Assembly: GCF_004010195.1 (NCBI RefSeq)
Contig: NC_057749.1
Location: 6,574,702 to 6,634,636, forward strand
Reading direction: 5' to 3'
From: Chiloscyllium plagiosum
Taxonomy: Eukaryota
DNA length: 59,935 bases
The translations under genes were made by a program, and so were the position numbers. Positions 11,851 through 26,167 of this stretch are shown here, piece after piece. Numbering within the stretch: the stretch's first letter is position 1; the number at the start of each line of letters is the position of its first letter. Under the pieces are notes generated by a model. The model had not been told where the DNA came from, did no database searches, and was given only the letters and a program-made list of their open reading frames with translations.

Positions 11851-13110
11851 ACTCAATGAATAATCCCCAAGCAAGAACCTGGTTGTTGCTCCCCACAGTC
11901 ATGTTAAAACATCTGTCCCTCTTGCTTCAGCCCACTGCTGGCTGAGGTCAACCTTTCAGTCTGGAATAATGCATGGCATAAGAGAAGGAGGGAATACCTA
12001 GAGATTATCCTTTAACATTTCATTAGATTAGAAGTTGGGAAAACCAATGGGCAATTGTCAATTTTTTTATTCAGACACAGTATACGGGCATCACTGGCTG
12101 TTTATTGCCTGGCACTAATTGTCCAGAGGGCAGTTAGGAGTCACCTGCATTGCTGTGGGTCTAGAGCCACTATCAGATTAAGTAAGGACAGCATGTTTCT
12201 TTCTAAAAGGACATCAGTGAAAAGATGAGTTTGTTTTTTAAAAAGGCAATCGATTGTGGTAGGCTGGTCTTTTATTCAGACGGAAGGGACTCGGTTTGCT
12301 TTATTGCATATTGTTTGCCTAACCAACCTGTTCAGAGATGTTATGACACACCTCTGGAGCAGTTGGGACTTGAATCCATGCCTCCCGGTCCAGGGGTAGG
12401 GACAGTACCACTGCACCCTACATGTGATGTGGCTAAGAGCAGAATCACAGGCCAGACATTTACTGACTGCCAGGAGGCATTTTGTTGGCGGTAGATGGTT
12501 GGGGGATGGCATTAACATTCGAGAAAGGTGGATTGGATTGGTGCAATCTGGGTGACGGTGAGACTGGATGCTAATTTATATCGTTCAAAACCAAATTAAT
12601 GTTAATTTAACATTGTTGATAGCAATGGCAATGCCTATGCGGAGACTTCAAGGCAACCTTCTAATGGATTCCCAGAGCAACGTTGGATGGAAGAGCAGGC
12701 CAGGGCTTTTGAAAGACAGATCCAGGGAGCCTCAGTGACCTCCCTTGCACGGTTTTTCCCTCTGACCCTCAACCTCAAGGGTATTAATTTTTTTCAAATG
12801 TTTCTCCTGAGGCTCCAGGTTGCCTGAATTTCATGGGGTGATCACCTTCTCTGGTGGCGCTGCCGCCTCCCACTGGAGTGTGTCTGCCATTTTTCAGTTG
12901 AGTCCAATGGCGGAGTGCCTTTCTGGTCCATTAGCCATGTGGGGTTCACTTCTTATCCTGCACTCCTCCATCTCCTCAGCCATAGGAGGTTTCACTCACC
13001 AGCTTCTGAAGTGGTCAAAATTTATAAAATTGCTTATTATATTCTAGGAAGTGTAACATTAGCAATCAAATCTGATTATTTCACATCAGTCACAGTCTCA
13101 CACTGTATTC

Positions 13111-13681
13111 TGTTATGGACCAGGCCAGACCCCTTCAAACCTTTTTGAGAAAGTAGCCGTAACTTCTCCTGATTTTAAAGGCAGATATGAAGTGGGTATT
13201 CCAGGAGTGATGCAGCTAGTCAAACCACTCGACTTTAAGCAAAACAGCATTTATTTACACACTACAGATGAAACACGAACAAAAGAAAACAGAGTTTAGA
13301 ATAACTTAACTTATTTCATAACCAACCGACTCTATCGCAACTTAACAAAGGGGCTGTTCCAATCCCTGCAACATCCCATAACACATCCCTTGACAAAAAG
13401 TCGATCAAACACAACTTCCTACAGGCAGGAGAGATTGCAGAGAGAAAAGTCAGCAAGAAACATCTGTTGAAGCACGGAACTTTTTTTTACCTGTAGCTGC
13501 ATCTCTCGATCCCCAGCAGCCTCTGACTGCCTGCTGAAACCCATCAAACTTGAAAGAAATTCCTGAACTGGCCACTCCCCTGCCGTTGTTTTCAAGTAGC
13601 CACTTCCAGACCTCTTTACGACCCGTCTTGAAAAAAAAATGAAGGACAACATAACCATGTTAAAGGGACAGCATCATCACG
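13111..13681. mobile_element. Solo LTR (Gypsy/ERV type)
   Basis: TGTTATGG...CATCAC(G) termini, 4-bp TSD attc; homologous to ~22021-22608 and 48989-49694. Confidence 0.7.
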
Positions 13682-14064
13682 ATTCTCAAAATAAACTTCT
13701 GGATGAGCTCAGTGCTGGAATCACAGCATTGCAGAAGTACGAACAATCACCAAGGTGATAGGCTATAGATCCACTGCTCTGATTCACTACATCTCAGGTT
13801 TCAGATCCCTCTTGCACATTTATACCAGTACCACAAGGAGATCAGTGTATCTGTTTGAAGAACAAATTAGTTCATGTTAATGTCATGAGCAATCTACTCC
13901 TTGGTCAGTTTGTTTGGATACTTCAGAATATAAAAGTCAGCTTATGGTGGAGATGTTAAGGTTAGATGGAAAGGAGTAGAGAGGTGCACAACGTAACATT
14001 GGTATTGTTGAAAAGAGAGACAGGTCACTGAGGGCTTTCATCTTGCACTGATTAGGGTAAAGGC

Positions 14065-17000
14065 AGGAAGATGATGGCCTTGAAGTATTATCACTAGACT
14101 ATTAATACCGAGACACAGATAATGTTCTGGGAAGCCAGGTTTGAATCCTGCCATGGTGGAATTTAAATTCAATATTGTTTAAAAAATAAAAATCTGGAAT
14201 TGAGGATCTACTGATGAGCGTGAAACCCATCTGGTTCACAAATGTCCTTTCAGAAAGGAAACTGCCATCCTCGCCTGGTCTGGTCTACATGTGACTCCAG
14301 ACCCACAGCAATGTGATTGATTCTCAGGAGCTCTCTGAAATGGCCCAGCAAGCCATTCACTTGCACCAATCACTACAAACTCTCAAACAAATGAAACTGG
14401 GTGGATTACCAGACATCGACCCAGGCACCGGAAAGACTATGGTAGAAACAGCCCTGTTGACCCTGCAAAGTCCTCCTTACTAACATCTGGAGGCCCATGC
14501 CAAAATTGGGACAGCTCTCTCAGAGACTTGTCAAGCAACAGCCTGATATTGTCATATCATGAAATCATACCTTAAGACCATGTCCTAGACACCACCACCA
14601 CCATCCCTGGGTATGTCCTTTCCCACTTACAGGACAGACCCAACAGAGGTGGTGGCCAGTTGGGAGACATTTGGGAGAGAGCTTTTCTGGGAGTCCTCAA
14701 CATTGACTCCATTCCCCATGAAGTTTCATGGCTTCAGATATAACATGGGCAAGGTATTGGTCAGAGCATTGAGTAAACGGGTTGGGAGGTCATGTTGTGA
14801 CTGTACAGGACATTGATTAGGCACTTTTGGAATATTGTTTGAAATTCTGGTCTCCCTCCTATAGGAAGGATGCCGTGAAACTTGAAAAGGTTCAGAAAAG
14901 ATTTACAGGGATGTTACCAGGGTTGGAGGGTTTGAGTGATAGGGAGATGCTTAATAGGTTGGGGCTGTTTTCCCTGGAGCATCGGAGGCTGAGGGGTGAC
15001 TTTATAAAATCATGAGCGGTGTGGATAGGGTAAATACACAAGGTCTATTGTGGGGTGGGGGAGTCCAGAACTAGAGGGCATAGATATAAAAGCGACCTAA
15101 GGGACAACTTTTCCATGCAGAGGGTGGTACTTGTATGGAATGAGCTGCCAGAGGAAGTGGTGGAGCCTGGTGCAATTAAAACATTTAAAATGCATCTGAC
15201 AGATATATGAACAGGAAGGGTTTAGAGGGATATGGGCCAAGTGGGACTAGATTAATTTAGGATATCTGATCAGCATGGAGGTATTGGACCAAAGGGTCTG
15301 TTTCCTTGCTGTACATCTCTGTGACTCTATGAAACCTCTGCTGATTACCCCCAACTGTCCTCCCACAGCTGATGAATCAGTACTCCTCCATGTTGAACAA
15401 TACTTTGAGGAAGCACTGAGGATGGCAAAAAGTACTCTGGGTGGGGGGATTTCAACGCCCACCACCAAGAGTAGATCAAACTGGTTAGGTCCTGAAGGAT
15501 GTAGCTGCCAGACTGGGTCTGCAGCAGGTGATAAGGGAACTAACTGCAGATGTATCTGTCCATGACAGTATTGGTAAGAGAGACCACCGCACAGTCCTTG
15601 TGGAGATGAAGTCCCACCTTCACATTGAAAATACCCTCCATCGTGTGGCACTATCATCACGCTAAATGGGACAGACTTCGAGCTGATCTAACAACTCAAG
15701 ACTGGGTATCTATGAGGCTCTGTAGGCCATCAACAGCAGCAGAATTGTTCTCCAGCACAATCTGTAACCTCATGGCCCAGCATATTCCTCACTCAACCAT
15801 TACCATCAAGCCAGGGGATCAACCCTGATTCAATGGATAGTGCAGGAGGGCATGCAAAGAACAGCACCTGACATACCTGAAGATAAGTGAGGTTACCAAA
15901 CAGGATTACTTACATGCCAAAAAACATAAGCAGCAAGTGATAGACAGAGCTAAGCGACCCCACAACCAATGGATCAGATCTAAGCTCTGCAGTCCTGTCA
16001 CATCCAGACATGAATGGTGATGGACAATTAAGCAACTCATTACAGGAGGAGGCTGCACAATTATCCCCATCCTCAATGATGGAAGAATCCAACACATTAG
16101 GGCAAAAGATAAGGCTGAAGCTTTCACAGCAATCTTCAGCCAAAAGGGCCGAGCGGTTGATCCATCCCGGCCTCCTCCAGTGATCCTCAGCATTACAGAG
16201 ACCAGTCTTCAACCAATTCTGTTCACTCCATGTGATCTTAAGAAATGGAGGCACTGGATACTGCAGAGGAGACAGGCCCTGACAACATTCCATCCATAGT
16301 GCTGAAGACCTGTGCTCCGGAAGTTGCTGCTCCCCTAGCCAAGCTGTTCCAGTACAGTTCCATGATTGGTTCCACCCAACAATGTGAAAAATTGCCCAGG
16401 TAGACCCTGCGCATAAAAAGCAGGACAAATCCAACCTAGTCAATTACCGTCCCATCATCTCAGTCATCAGGAACGTAATGGAAGTTGCCATCAACAGGTG
16501 CTATCATGCTGCACCTGTTCAGCAATAACTGCTCAGTGACTTCCAGTTTGGATTCTGCCAGGGTCACTCAGCTCCTGACCTCATTCCAGCCTAAGTTCAA
16601 ACCTGGACAAAAGAGCTGAATTCTAGAGAGGAGGTGAGAGTGTCAGCCCTTGACATCAAGGCTGCATTCGACCAAGTGTGGCATTAAGCGTCGGACGTTG
16701 AGGGGTGACCGTAGAAAGGTTTATAAAATCATGAGGGGCATGGTTAGGGTGAATAGACAAGGTATTTTCCCTGGGGTGGAAGTCCAGAACTAAAGGGCAT
16801 AGGTTTAAAGTGAGAAAGGAAAAATTTAAAAGGGTCCTAAGGGGCAACTTTTTCACACAGAGGGTGGTGCTGAATAGAATGAGATGACAGACTAAGTGGT
16901 AGAGGCTGGTACAATTGCAACATTTAAAAAGCATCTAGATGGGTGTAGGAATATAAAGGATTTAGGGGGTATGGGCTAAGGGTTGGCAAATGGGACTAGA

Positions 17001-17705
17001 TTAGATTGGGATGTCTGGTCGGCATGAAGAAGTTGGACGTACATCTGTGCTGTACATCTCTATGACTCTATCAAGGAGTTTGAGCAAAACTGGAATCAAT
17101 GGGTATTGTAGGTGCGGTGACTACAGAGCAGGTCAGAGACTAGGAATACTGTAGTGAGTAACACACCTCCTGGCTCCTGAAAGTCTGTTCACCATCTATA
17201 AGGCACAAGTCAGGAGTGCAATGGAATGCTCCCCACATGTCTGGATATTTACAGCTCCAATAACACTCAAAGCTTGACACCATCTAGGACAAAGCAGCCA
17301 CTTGATTGGCACCTCATCCACAAGCATCTACTCCCTCCACCACTGATGCTCAGTAGCAGCAGTTGTTATATCTACAAGATGCATGGCAGACATTCACCAA
17401 AGATCCTTCAACAGCACCTTCCAAACCCACGACCACTTCTATGAAGAAAGACAAGGGCAGCAGATATATGGGAACATCACTACCTTCGAGTTCCCCTCCA
17501 AGCCGCTTATCATCCTGACTTGGAAATATTTCGCCATTCCTTCAGTGTTACTGGGTTAAATTCCTAGAATTCCCTCCCTAATGGCATTGTGGGTCAACCC
17601 ACAGCAGGTGGACTGCAGTAATTCAACACCAGCTTCTCAAGGGGCAACAAGGGATGGGCAATAAATACTGGGCCCAGCCAACGACACCCACATCCCATAA
17701 AATGA
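14065..17705 (+). mobile_element. Decayed APE-RT LINE with a tRNA-like 5' head; interrupted by CR1 inserts at ~14750-15330 and ~16690-17070
   Basis: APE start LTNIW..PKLGQLSQRLVKQQPDIVI at ~14476; RT relics HKKQDKSNLVNYRPI, QFGFCQGHSAPDLI, ALDIKAAFDQVW; 3' tail agggatgggcaataaat. Confidence 0.8.
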
Positions 17706-18574
17706 GTAAATTTTCAAAATGCTAAAATGCCAAATTTTAAATGGTCACGGCAACTTGTATTACAAGAGGAAAGGGTGTGGATTCGTTGGAAACTCTGAGG
17801 TACTGCCATATCAAAAAAACATAATTCATAAAAAGGCGCAGGGGTTGTTTGCTGGGAATGTTTCTCCATAAGAAATATGTATCCATCCTAGCAAAATGTT
17901 AATGAGCCACATTGCGATTGACTGCTGATCTTAAATTGTTTGTTGGTCTCGCTGTCGGCATACTTGGCATTATTCAGCAAGTGTCACCCGATTGTGGAAT
18001 CACATCAGTAGTTGGTTTGTTCTGTTTTTGGGTTTTGCTTGAATATGGTCTGCACTCTGCCTGTTAGAGACAGTCAGTCAGAAGAACAGGTTTGATTTGA
18101 TCAAGCAGTTGCTGGAACGAGCCTGCCATCAGGCAGGTACTGAAATTCGTCCACCATGAGTGTAAGACAAAAATCTCTCTTAATGTGTCTCTCTTTTCAA
18201 TAAGTTGGAGCTGAGTAGTGACACCTTTTACATTTCTCTGGGATTTCCCACTTGAAACAAATTAATGGGGAACTGCAGAATGAATAGAGGCAAAGAACAC
18301 CAGCATGCAGTTTCAAATCCGATCCATACCCTTCAAGTTATCAACAGGATGGGAAAAAGTAATCAAGCTAAAATGTCATTCATTTCATACTATCCAGACC
18401 ATACAGATCTTGAGCCAGAAACTTACAAGTACAAGTCAATTAAACTCACTCGCAATCTTCCTCCTCCTCATTGCAATCACCCTCTGGCTGGCCCCAGGGT
18501 CTGCAGCAATGATTGGATTTTTGTGGGTTCAAATGGAGGAGTCATATTAGATATTGCTGAAATTTAGAATGATA

Positions 18575-19025
18575 CAGTTTGTCAAGGATTTTGTCAGGGT
18601 TGGAGAGTTTGAGCTACAGGGAGAAGCTGAATAGATTGGCCTGTTTTTCCTGGAGGGTCAGAGGCTAACAGGTCACCTCATAGAGGTTTATAAAATCATG
18701 AGGGGCATGAATAGATTGAATAGCCAAGGTCTTTGCCCGAGAGTCAGAGAGTCCAAAACTAGAGGGCATAGGTTTAAGGGGCCTAAGGGGCAACTTTTTC
18801 ACACAGAGGGTGGTGCGTGCATGGAATGAGTGCCAGAGGAAGTGTGGAGGCTGGTACAATTACAACATCCAAAAGGCATCAAGATGGGTATATGAATAGA
18901 AAGGGTTTAGACAGATATGGGGCCAATTCTGGCAAATGGGACTAGATTAATTTAGGATATCTGTTTGGCATGGATGAGTTGGACCAAAGGGTCTGTTTCC
19001 ATCTCTGTGACTCTATGACTCTATT
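18575..19025 (+). mobile_element. CR1 3' fragment
   Basis: CR1 RT C-terminus and gactctat tail. Confidence 0.85.
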
Positions 19026-20357
19026 GTGAGGTTTGACAGTCATTTTAGCACGAACAATGCCATGGGAGATCTAATAGGTTCACTTATGAGTTGCTGCACA
19101 GGATAACAGAGTAAGGAAGGTCACTGAATACAGAGTAGGACCAGATGTGTACCTTCCTCTGCAATGCTTAAATGCCAAATCCATGATTTGGGGTAATTTT
19201 GTTAACTAAAAGTCTGTTAACAAGAAGATACCCTTTCACCCTTGTAAACACTCATTCCCATATTCATCTGAGCATTGATGATTTGTTATTAAAGTACTGG
19301 ACAGCCATTGCTTAAAAATAATACAGTGCTTCCTTTCCAATAGATACATGAGATGGCCCAGTCAGAAATATCAACCCAACAGGTAGGACAGATGACATTA
19401 AAGCTTTCTGTTAGTGGGAACGTTCAAAACTTTGTTTATTGTAAAACTGCTGTTGACTGAATGAATAACTTTATGCTGTTGGAATCCTCTTAAAGATCAC
19501 CTTTTATTTACTGAGGGATAGTTTGAGCTGAAATAAGCTGAAATAAATATACTGTGATTAATAATTGGTGAAAGGAAGCAATTGGGAAAAAAAATTACTG
19601 TAAGATGTGGTGGTTGAGTAAATCAATGTGGCACCAGATGATTTGATCCAGAATTGAATCTCTTAAGAATGTTCTCAGCCCTTTGAAAGGTCACAACAGG
19701 ATTTGATGCATAAACCTTTAATATTGTTTAATTAAAAATTCAATGTGACTTCACATTCTGTTTAATTCACACAGCCTGGGACGTGCTATGTGCTGTTTCT
19801 GAATGATGTATTTTTCACTGTAGCACTGAATGTAGCATTGGGTTTAAATAATGTGTAAAAGGATATTTGTTGAACATTGTTGTCAAACAGAATATTTATA
19901 GGTTTCAGACAAACTCTCTGTTCTAATACAATTTGAAATGCCAGAAAGATCCCCACTGTATTCTCCCTCTTTGTTACTGTATATACATCCTGTGACTGTG
20001 TGCTTCAGAACAAAGCACTCACAACACAAATGCATAAGGGATCAAAATGTAATGTATACTTTATCTGAGTCACTTATTAAAGAGCAAGTGTTGAACAGAT
20101 CATGATACAAATAGAAGCAAATTTATTTAAACAGAGTGACAGGCTGTGACAGTCACTCAACTTTTAAACAACCATTTGGTCAATTTAGATTCCAACTACA
20201 TGGAAAGAAAACTTACTTTTGTATGCAAAACACACATTGGTTGTAAAATCTTGAACCTGTTATGTTTTTTTGTTAACATTTTCCACTGTGCATTCCAATG
20301 TCCCCATTTATTATAAATGTGTTGTTAGTTCAAACTTCCATCAAAAGTGGTACTCCA

Positions 20358-20850
20358 GTAGAGTCATAGAGCTGTATGGTATGGGAACGGACCCTTTGGT
20401 CCAGCTCAGCCGTGCTGGCCAGTTATCCTTAATTAATCTAGTCCCATTTGGTGCATATCCCTCTAAACCCTTCACATTCATATAACCATCCAGATGCCTT
20501 TTAAATGCTGTACTTGTACCAGACTCCACCACTTCGTCCGGCAGCTCGTTCCACACATGCACCACCCTCTGCATGAAAAGCTTACCCCCTTAGATCCCTT
20601 TTAAACCTTTCCCCTCTCACCTTAAACCAAAGCCCTCTAGTTTTGGATTCTCCTCCCTAGGAAAAAGAACTTGGCTACTCACCCTATCCATGCCCCTCAT
20701 GATTTTATAAACCTCTGTAAGGTCACCCCTCAGCTGCAAATGCTCCAGGGAAAAAATAGCCCAAGCCTACACAGAGCACCCCCTCTGTAACCCAGTCCTG
20801 GCAACATCCTTGTAAATCTTTTCTGCACCCTCTCAAGTTTAACAACACTA
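20358..20850 (-). mobile_element. CR1 3' fragment
   Basis: MQRVVHVWNELPDEVVE on the minus strand. Confidence 0.85.
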
Positions 20851-20959
20851 TAGAAGAGCAACCCAAATTGTATGAATTTTAGTTTGCAATTCTTAATAAC
20901 AAAATAAAAATAAAGAAAAATATTGAAGTCACAGAAACCTGTAGTAAATGTCCTATTGA

Positions 20960-21745
20960 GTGCCAAGTACAACCCATCAGCCACCTTTAGCCAATTCAGT
21001 TCACTCCAGCTGATATCAACAAACAGTGCAGGTACTGGATACTGAACAGATTATGGGGCTGAAAACATTCTGGTAATGGTAATGAAGACGTATACTCCAG
21101 AATTTGCCATGCCCTTAGCCAAACTGTTCCAGTACAGCTACAACACTAGCATCACCCTGGCAACTTATAAAGTGGCCAAGGGATGTCCTGCACACAAAAA
21201 GTAGGACAGCTCCAGCCTAGCATATTATCACCCACTTATATATATGGAATACTCCCCACTTGCCTGGATGGGTGGAGCTCCAATAAATACTCAAGAAGCT
21301 TGATACCATCCAGGACAAAGCAGCCCACTTGATTGGCCACATCCACAAGCACCCATTCCTTCCACAACTGACGCTCAGCAGCAGCAGTGTGTAATATCTA
21401 CAAGGTGCAGTGCAAAAATTCACCAAAGATCCTCAGATAGCACCTTCCAGACCCATGACCACTTCCATCTAGAAGGACAAAGGAAGGATACATGAACATC
21501 ACCATCTGTAAGTTGCTCTCCAAGCCACTCACCATCCTGACTTGGAAATATATCGTTGTTCCTTCATTGTCGCTGGGTCAAAATCCTGAAATTCCCTCAC
21601 TAAGGGCATTGTGGGTTGACCCATAACACATGGATTGCAGCGGTTCAAGAAGATAGGTCACCACCATCTTCTCAAGGGGCAACTAGGAATGGGCAATAAA
21701 AACTGGGCAGTCAGTGACACCCACATCCCAGGAGTGATAAAAAAA
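20960..21745 (+). mobile_element. Internally deleted copy of the LINE family at 14065-17705
   Basis: Shares ccctagccaa.ctgttccagtacag and the entire 3' ~500 bp. Confidence 0.8.
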
Positions 21746-22020
21746 TTAAGATCCATGTCTGTCTGAGCTATCAGCTTCCAATTTCTAATCTCACTTCTCT
21801 TGCAGGCAATAATTTCTTTTGTCTTCTAGAGTTTTATTCTACAGATGATTAACAAGAAATGTGTTAAAATTATTGGACTTAGAGTTTCACACTTATTACA
21901 TGTAGTACATTTACTATCACACTTAACCTTTTATATTCTTCTGGAGTCCTGTGTAGAAATTGCCACAGCAGTTCCCTTATTGATTCAATGCTGTTATATA
22001 GATTATTGAACTGTTCAACT

Positions 22021-22608
22021 TGTTAATGACCAGACAATACTCCCTCAAAATATTTTGAGAAGGTAGTCTAGTCCTAACTTTTTCTTATTTCTACTCGATG
22101 TTAAGCAAGACAATTTATTTAAACTTTACAGTTAAAATGCAACAAAAGAATGAGGAATTTAAAATATCTTAAAGCTATTGGAGAACAATAGATACAGTAA
22201 CTATTAATAATTAACTGTTCCAATGTGGTAACATCCTATAATCACCCCTTTTGGCGAAAAGGTAGATTCAGCAAAACAGAGTTATCTCTGGTAACCCAGC
22301 AGCTGAGAGAAACTACCAACTTCTAGTTGTAACTCAGAGAGAGAAAGATTGCTTCTGCTTCTTCAAGGCCACAACAGCAACTGCTTAAAGCTCAACCTGA
22401 AAACTAAAAAGAATATAGAGAGCCTGGTCTGTGAGAGTTGACTCACCCATCCAGGCTGCTTCTATTGCTCCAACTTACAAAACAAAATCTAAGAAATCAC
22501 AAACTGTTAAATCTTGTGGTTCTGGTAGACCACTCAGTACCTCTGCCTTACAACCTCTCTTAAAAATAAAGGATAAATAACACCTCTTAAAGCCACAACA
22601 TTGTCACA
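22021..22608. mobile_element. Solo LTR, same family as 13111-13681
   Basis: TGTTAATGACCAG...TTGTCACA termini and shared internal blocks; TSD unclear. Confidence 0.6.
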
Positions 22609-23099
22609 GACCAACTATATAATGGTTTGCTCTGGTGAACTCAGAGTCCAAAATGACAGTGATAGAATATAATTAATGAGAAAAACAAATGCAGAAGAAT
22701 TTGATTTTCCTTTATGTTAGAGTCTAATACCAAATCACCATCCTCTTCATAATATCAATGCCAAAATTGGCTTTTTGAAAAAAATTCAAACACAGATCCA
22801 CAGTTTTCCTTGCATTTCAGCTTTCACTTGTGCGACATTTCCATTCTGGCAATGGCATTTCTGTTGTCCCCATTGTTTCTCTCTCCTTGCTGGAGTTTGC
22901 ATTAATGGTAGCTGTTTCTTCAACAATGCAGAGAGGCAACCCATCCAAGCACCAAAGGAAACCTGTGGATGACTCTTGCACCTTTGTCAAACTCCTGAGG
23001 ACAAACTTTGTTCTTGACCACAGGAGGTGGAGGCTTAAGTTAATGTGCCACCCACACTAGCACTGCTCATTGACATCCTTCAAACGTCTAACCTTTGTC

Positions 23100-23640
23100 A
23101 CAGAGTCAGAGAGGTTTACAGCATGGAAACAGGCCCTTCATCCCATCTTGTTCATGCTGTCTAGTTTTCACAATTAATCTAGTCCCATTACTCTGCATTT
23201 GGCCCATATCCCTCCAAACCAATCCCATCCATGTACCTGTCTAAATCTTTCTTAAATGACGAAATCGTACTCACTTCCACTACTAACTCTGGCAGCCCAT
23301 TCCAGACCTCCACCACCCCCTGTGTGAAAACAAATTGCCTCCTAGATACTTTTGTATCTCTCCCCTCTCAATTTAAACCTATGCCGTCTAGTTTTAGTCT
23401 TCCCTAAGATGGAGAAAAGCTGTTGGCTGTCTACCTTTATTTATGCTTTATAAATGTCTCCTACGCTCCAGGGGAAAAAATCCCAGCCTATCCAACATCT
23501 CCTTATAACTCAAACCTTCCAGTCCAGGTAACATCCTCCTAAATCTTTCTCTGCATGCTTTCCAGTTTCCTATCCTTTCTTTAGTAAGGTGACCAGAACT
23601 GCACACAATACTCCAAATGTGGCCTCACCAATGTCTTGCA
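23100..23640 (-). mobile_element. CR1 3' fragment
   Basis: Reverse-complement CR1 tail and RT C-terminus. Confidence 0.8.
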
Positions 23641-24964
23641 ACTATGACGTGATTCCATCAGAATCTGTTATTCTAGAGGCAAGTCTTAGCTGTGAGGAGA
23701 CCAGCACTTTGCAAGGGCAACGAGGGATGGGTAATAATTTGTGGCCCTGATGCAACTTGCAGCTTATCTCTGAACCTCGCCCAACATGCCCACACTTACC
23801 AGTAAGAGATTAATGATTTGAAGCAGAAATGAGCACATTATTTTGTTTCTCTAGGGCAGTTATAAGGGACTTCCAGCAACCCAGCCTATATAAGGATAGA
23901 GGCTTGAAGCCTCCCTGGTCAGTTCAGCTCAGTAAATCAGCAGTCGGTGTCCATTTACTATCTAAACTATCAGAATACCAGGAATAGGCCATTCAGCCTC
24001 TCAACCCTGGTCTGTCGTTTAATCAGATCAAGGATAGAGCCTAAATGTGATATGCCTGTGCTAGCTGTGTAAATCTCGGATCTGAGCTGTTTTGGAGGAA
24101 GGAATTACAGATTTCCAAGGCCCTATGATTGAAGAAATGCTGTCTCCTAGTAATTCTCTGAATGTTGCAGATCTGGTTTTTAAGGTTTTGCGGATCCCTT
24201 TCCTGGACTCTCTCGTCAGAGGAAGTAGTCTCTTTCCAGGTCCCATTTTAAATGTTTCATTGGATCACCCCTTTGTCACCCTTTATATTCATGGCAATGC
24301 AAATCTAATCTTTGCAACTTGAGGTTTAACCTTTTTAACCCCAGTTTGGATCCAATGAAAAACGATGTATTTATACATGAGTAGTTGATTCATTGACATA
24401 GTTAAAGGGTCAATTCAAAGAGGTACACATTTAAAGTGAAAGGTTGGAGGTTTAGGGGGGACTGGAGGAAATTTCTTTTCACCTAGAGGATGGTGGGGGT
24501 CTGGAATACCCTGCCTAGGAGGGTAATTGAGGTGGCTAACCTCATAACCTTTAAAAAATACGCAGATGAGCACTTGAAGTGGCATAACATCGAAGGCTAT
24601 GGGCCTGGTGCAGGAAATGTGCGATTAGTATACTTTTCGTGGCACAGATTTGATGGGCCGACGGGCCTCTTCTATGCTGCATAATTCTGCGATTTTTTAC
24701 AGTAAGGTGACACACACGACCTTGGAGAAGATTTCGCAAACCGAGCAGCATTCAGTTGTCGCACTGGTGACAGGCAGAGCAGCATTGCAATCCCAAAATT
24801 TCTCCAGCAATGACAAACCTGAAAAGGCTTGACCTAGCAGGGAAACTTAAAACAATGGAGCGTTTTTGGAGAGAAGGTGCTTTCAGCTGAGGGTCAGTCT
24901 AAAATCAGGAGGTTCTCGATATAAGATAGTGTCTAATAAATCCAACAAGAAAGTCAGAAAGATC

Positions 24965-25295
24965 TTCTTTTTTGTACTTGTTCACAGGATGAGGGTGTCA
25001 CTGGCGAGGTGACATTTATTGCCCAGAGGATATTTAAGACTCAATCATATTGTTGTGGATCTAGAGTCACATGAAGACCAGACAAGATAAGGATGGTGGT
25101 TTCCTTCCCTAAAAGTCATCAGATTGGCTTTTCCTGACAATTGGCTATGGACTCTCAGTCATCATTAGATTCTTAATTCTAGATATTTATTAAATTCAAA
25201 TCCCACCATCTGCTGTGGCAGGATTTGATCCTCTGTCCCCAGACCATTCCCTGGATCTACAGTCCAGTGATAATGCCACTAGGCCATTACCTCCC
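24965..25295 (-). mobile_element. tRNA-headed SINE sharing head and tail with the LINE at 14065-17705
   Basis: Reverse complement of head (ggag.taatggcctagtgg) and of the body/tail blocks. Confidence 0.75.
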
Positions 25296-25851
25296 TGTTA
25301 AGAGTGGTTAGAATGAGGCTGTGACATGAGTTAGATGTTTTTGTTCGAAACATTGACTTTCCTGCTTCTCGGATGCTGCCTGACCTGCTGTGCTTTTCCA
25401 GCACCACATTCTTGACTCATGAGGTAGAGAGGTTGATGCAATTAGTAAGGATATACTGAAGGAGTAACATGGGAAAGAAAAACGGAAACTAAGAGCAGGA
25501 GAAGGCTGTTTGGCCCTTTGTGCCTGATCTTGGGATTGAACAGGTAGCGTCCTTACTCCTGAAACAGAAGCTCTTGGGTCAAGTCCAATTCTGGGACTTG
25601 ACAACCAAGGAAGGTGCATTCATAATGCAGCAACCCAGGTTATGAGTTAATCTGTGAATCCTTCTAGCATAACGCTAAAGGCAAGCAGCTAGATTAAAGG
25701 AGAAAGCTGGTACCTCGCCCATTAGTATCAGTGGTTCCAGACTGTATGCAAATGGTGCCACAGCAACTCAAATTCCTTAATGAAGGTAGGAGGTAGGGTC
25801 AATTGGCGGGATGGCCGGTCTGCATTAAGTCAGAGCCAAAAGCATTGGGTT

Positions 25852-26078
25852 TGTACTGAGGTCAGTCAGATGGATCTTGCAGAATATGACTTCTCAGATT
25901 GAGGCTGATAACCTAGTCCAATCAGGGAACTCTGGCTGTTAGCCTCTGACATTCCTATTTATATCTATGTTCAATCTGAGACCTGGCTCTGAGGGAGCTG
26001 GATCAGTGTCAAGTACTGTGCATGTGTAAACAAAAGGTGACTCGGTGATGGGATACCGGCCTCTGTTGAGTCATTTCA
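25852..26078 (+). mobile_element. Short solo LTR inserted in an old SINE head
   Basis: TG...TTTCA termini, near-TSD gggtt/aggtt, homologous to 55841-56057. Confidence 0.6.
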
Positions 26079-26167
26079 AGGTTCCCTTCCTGTTTTAGCT
26101 CAGATTGATTCTGGACCAGTCTCCATGCCAATTTGTGGCATAGTGGATCAGGAGTGCTCCTTTAGGC

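Noticed and set aside
18265..18567. Overlapping 100-aa and 81-aa ORFs in non-repeat DNA
   Set aside because: No recognisable domain or convincing splice signals
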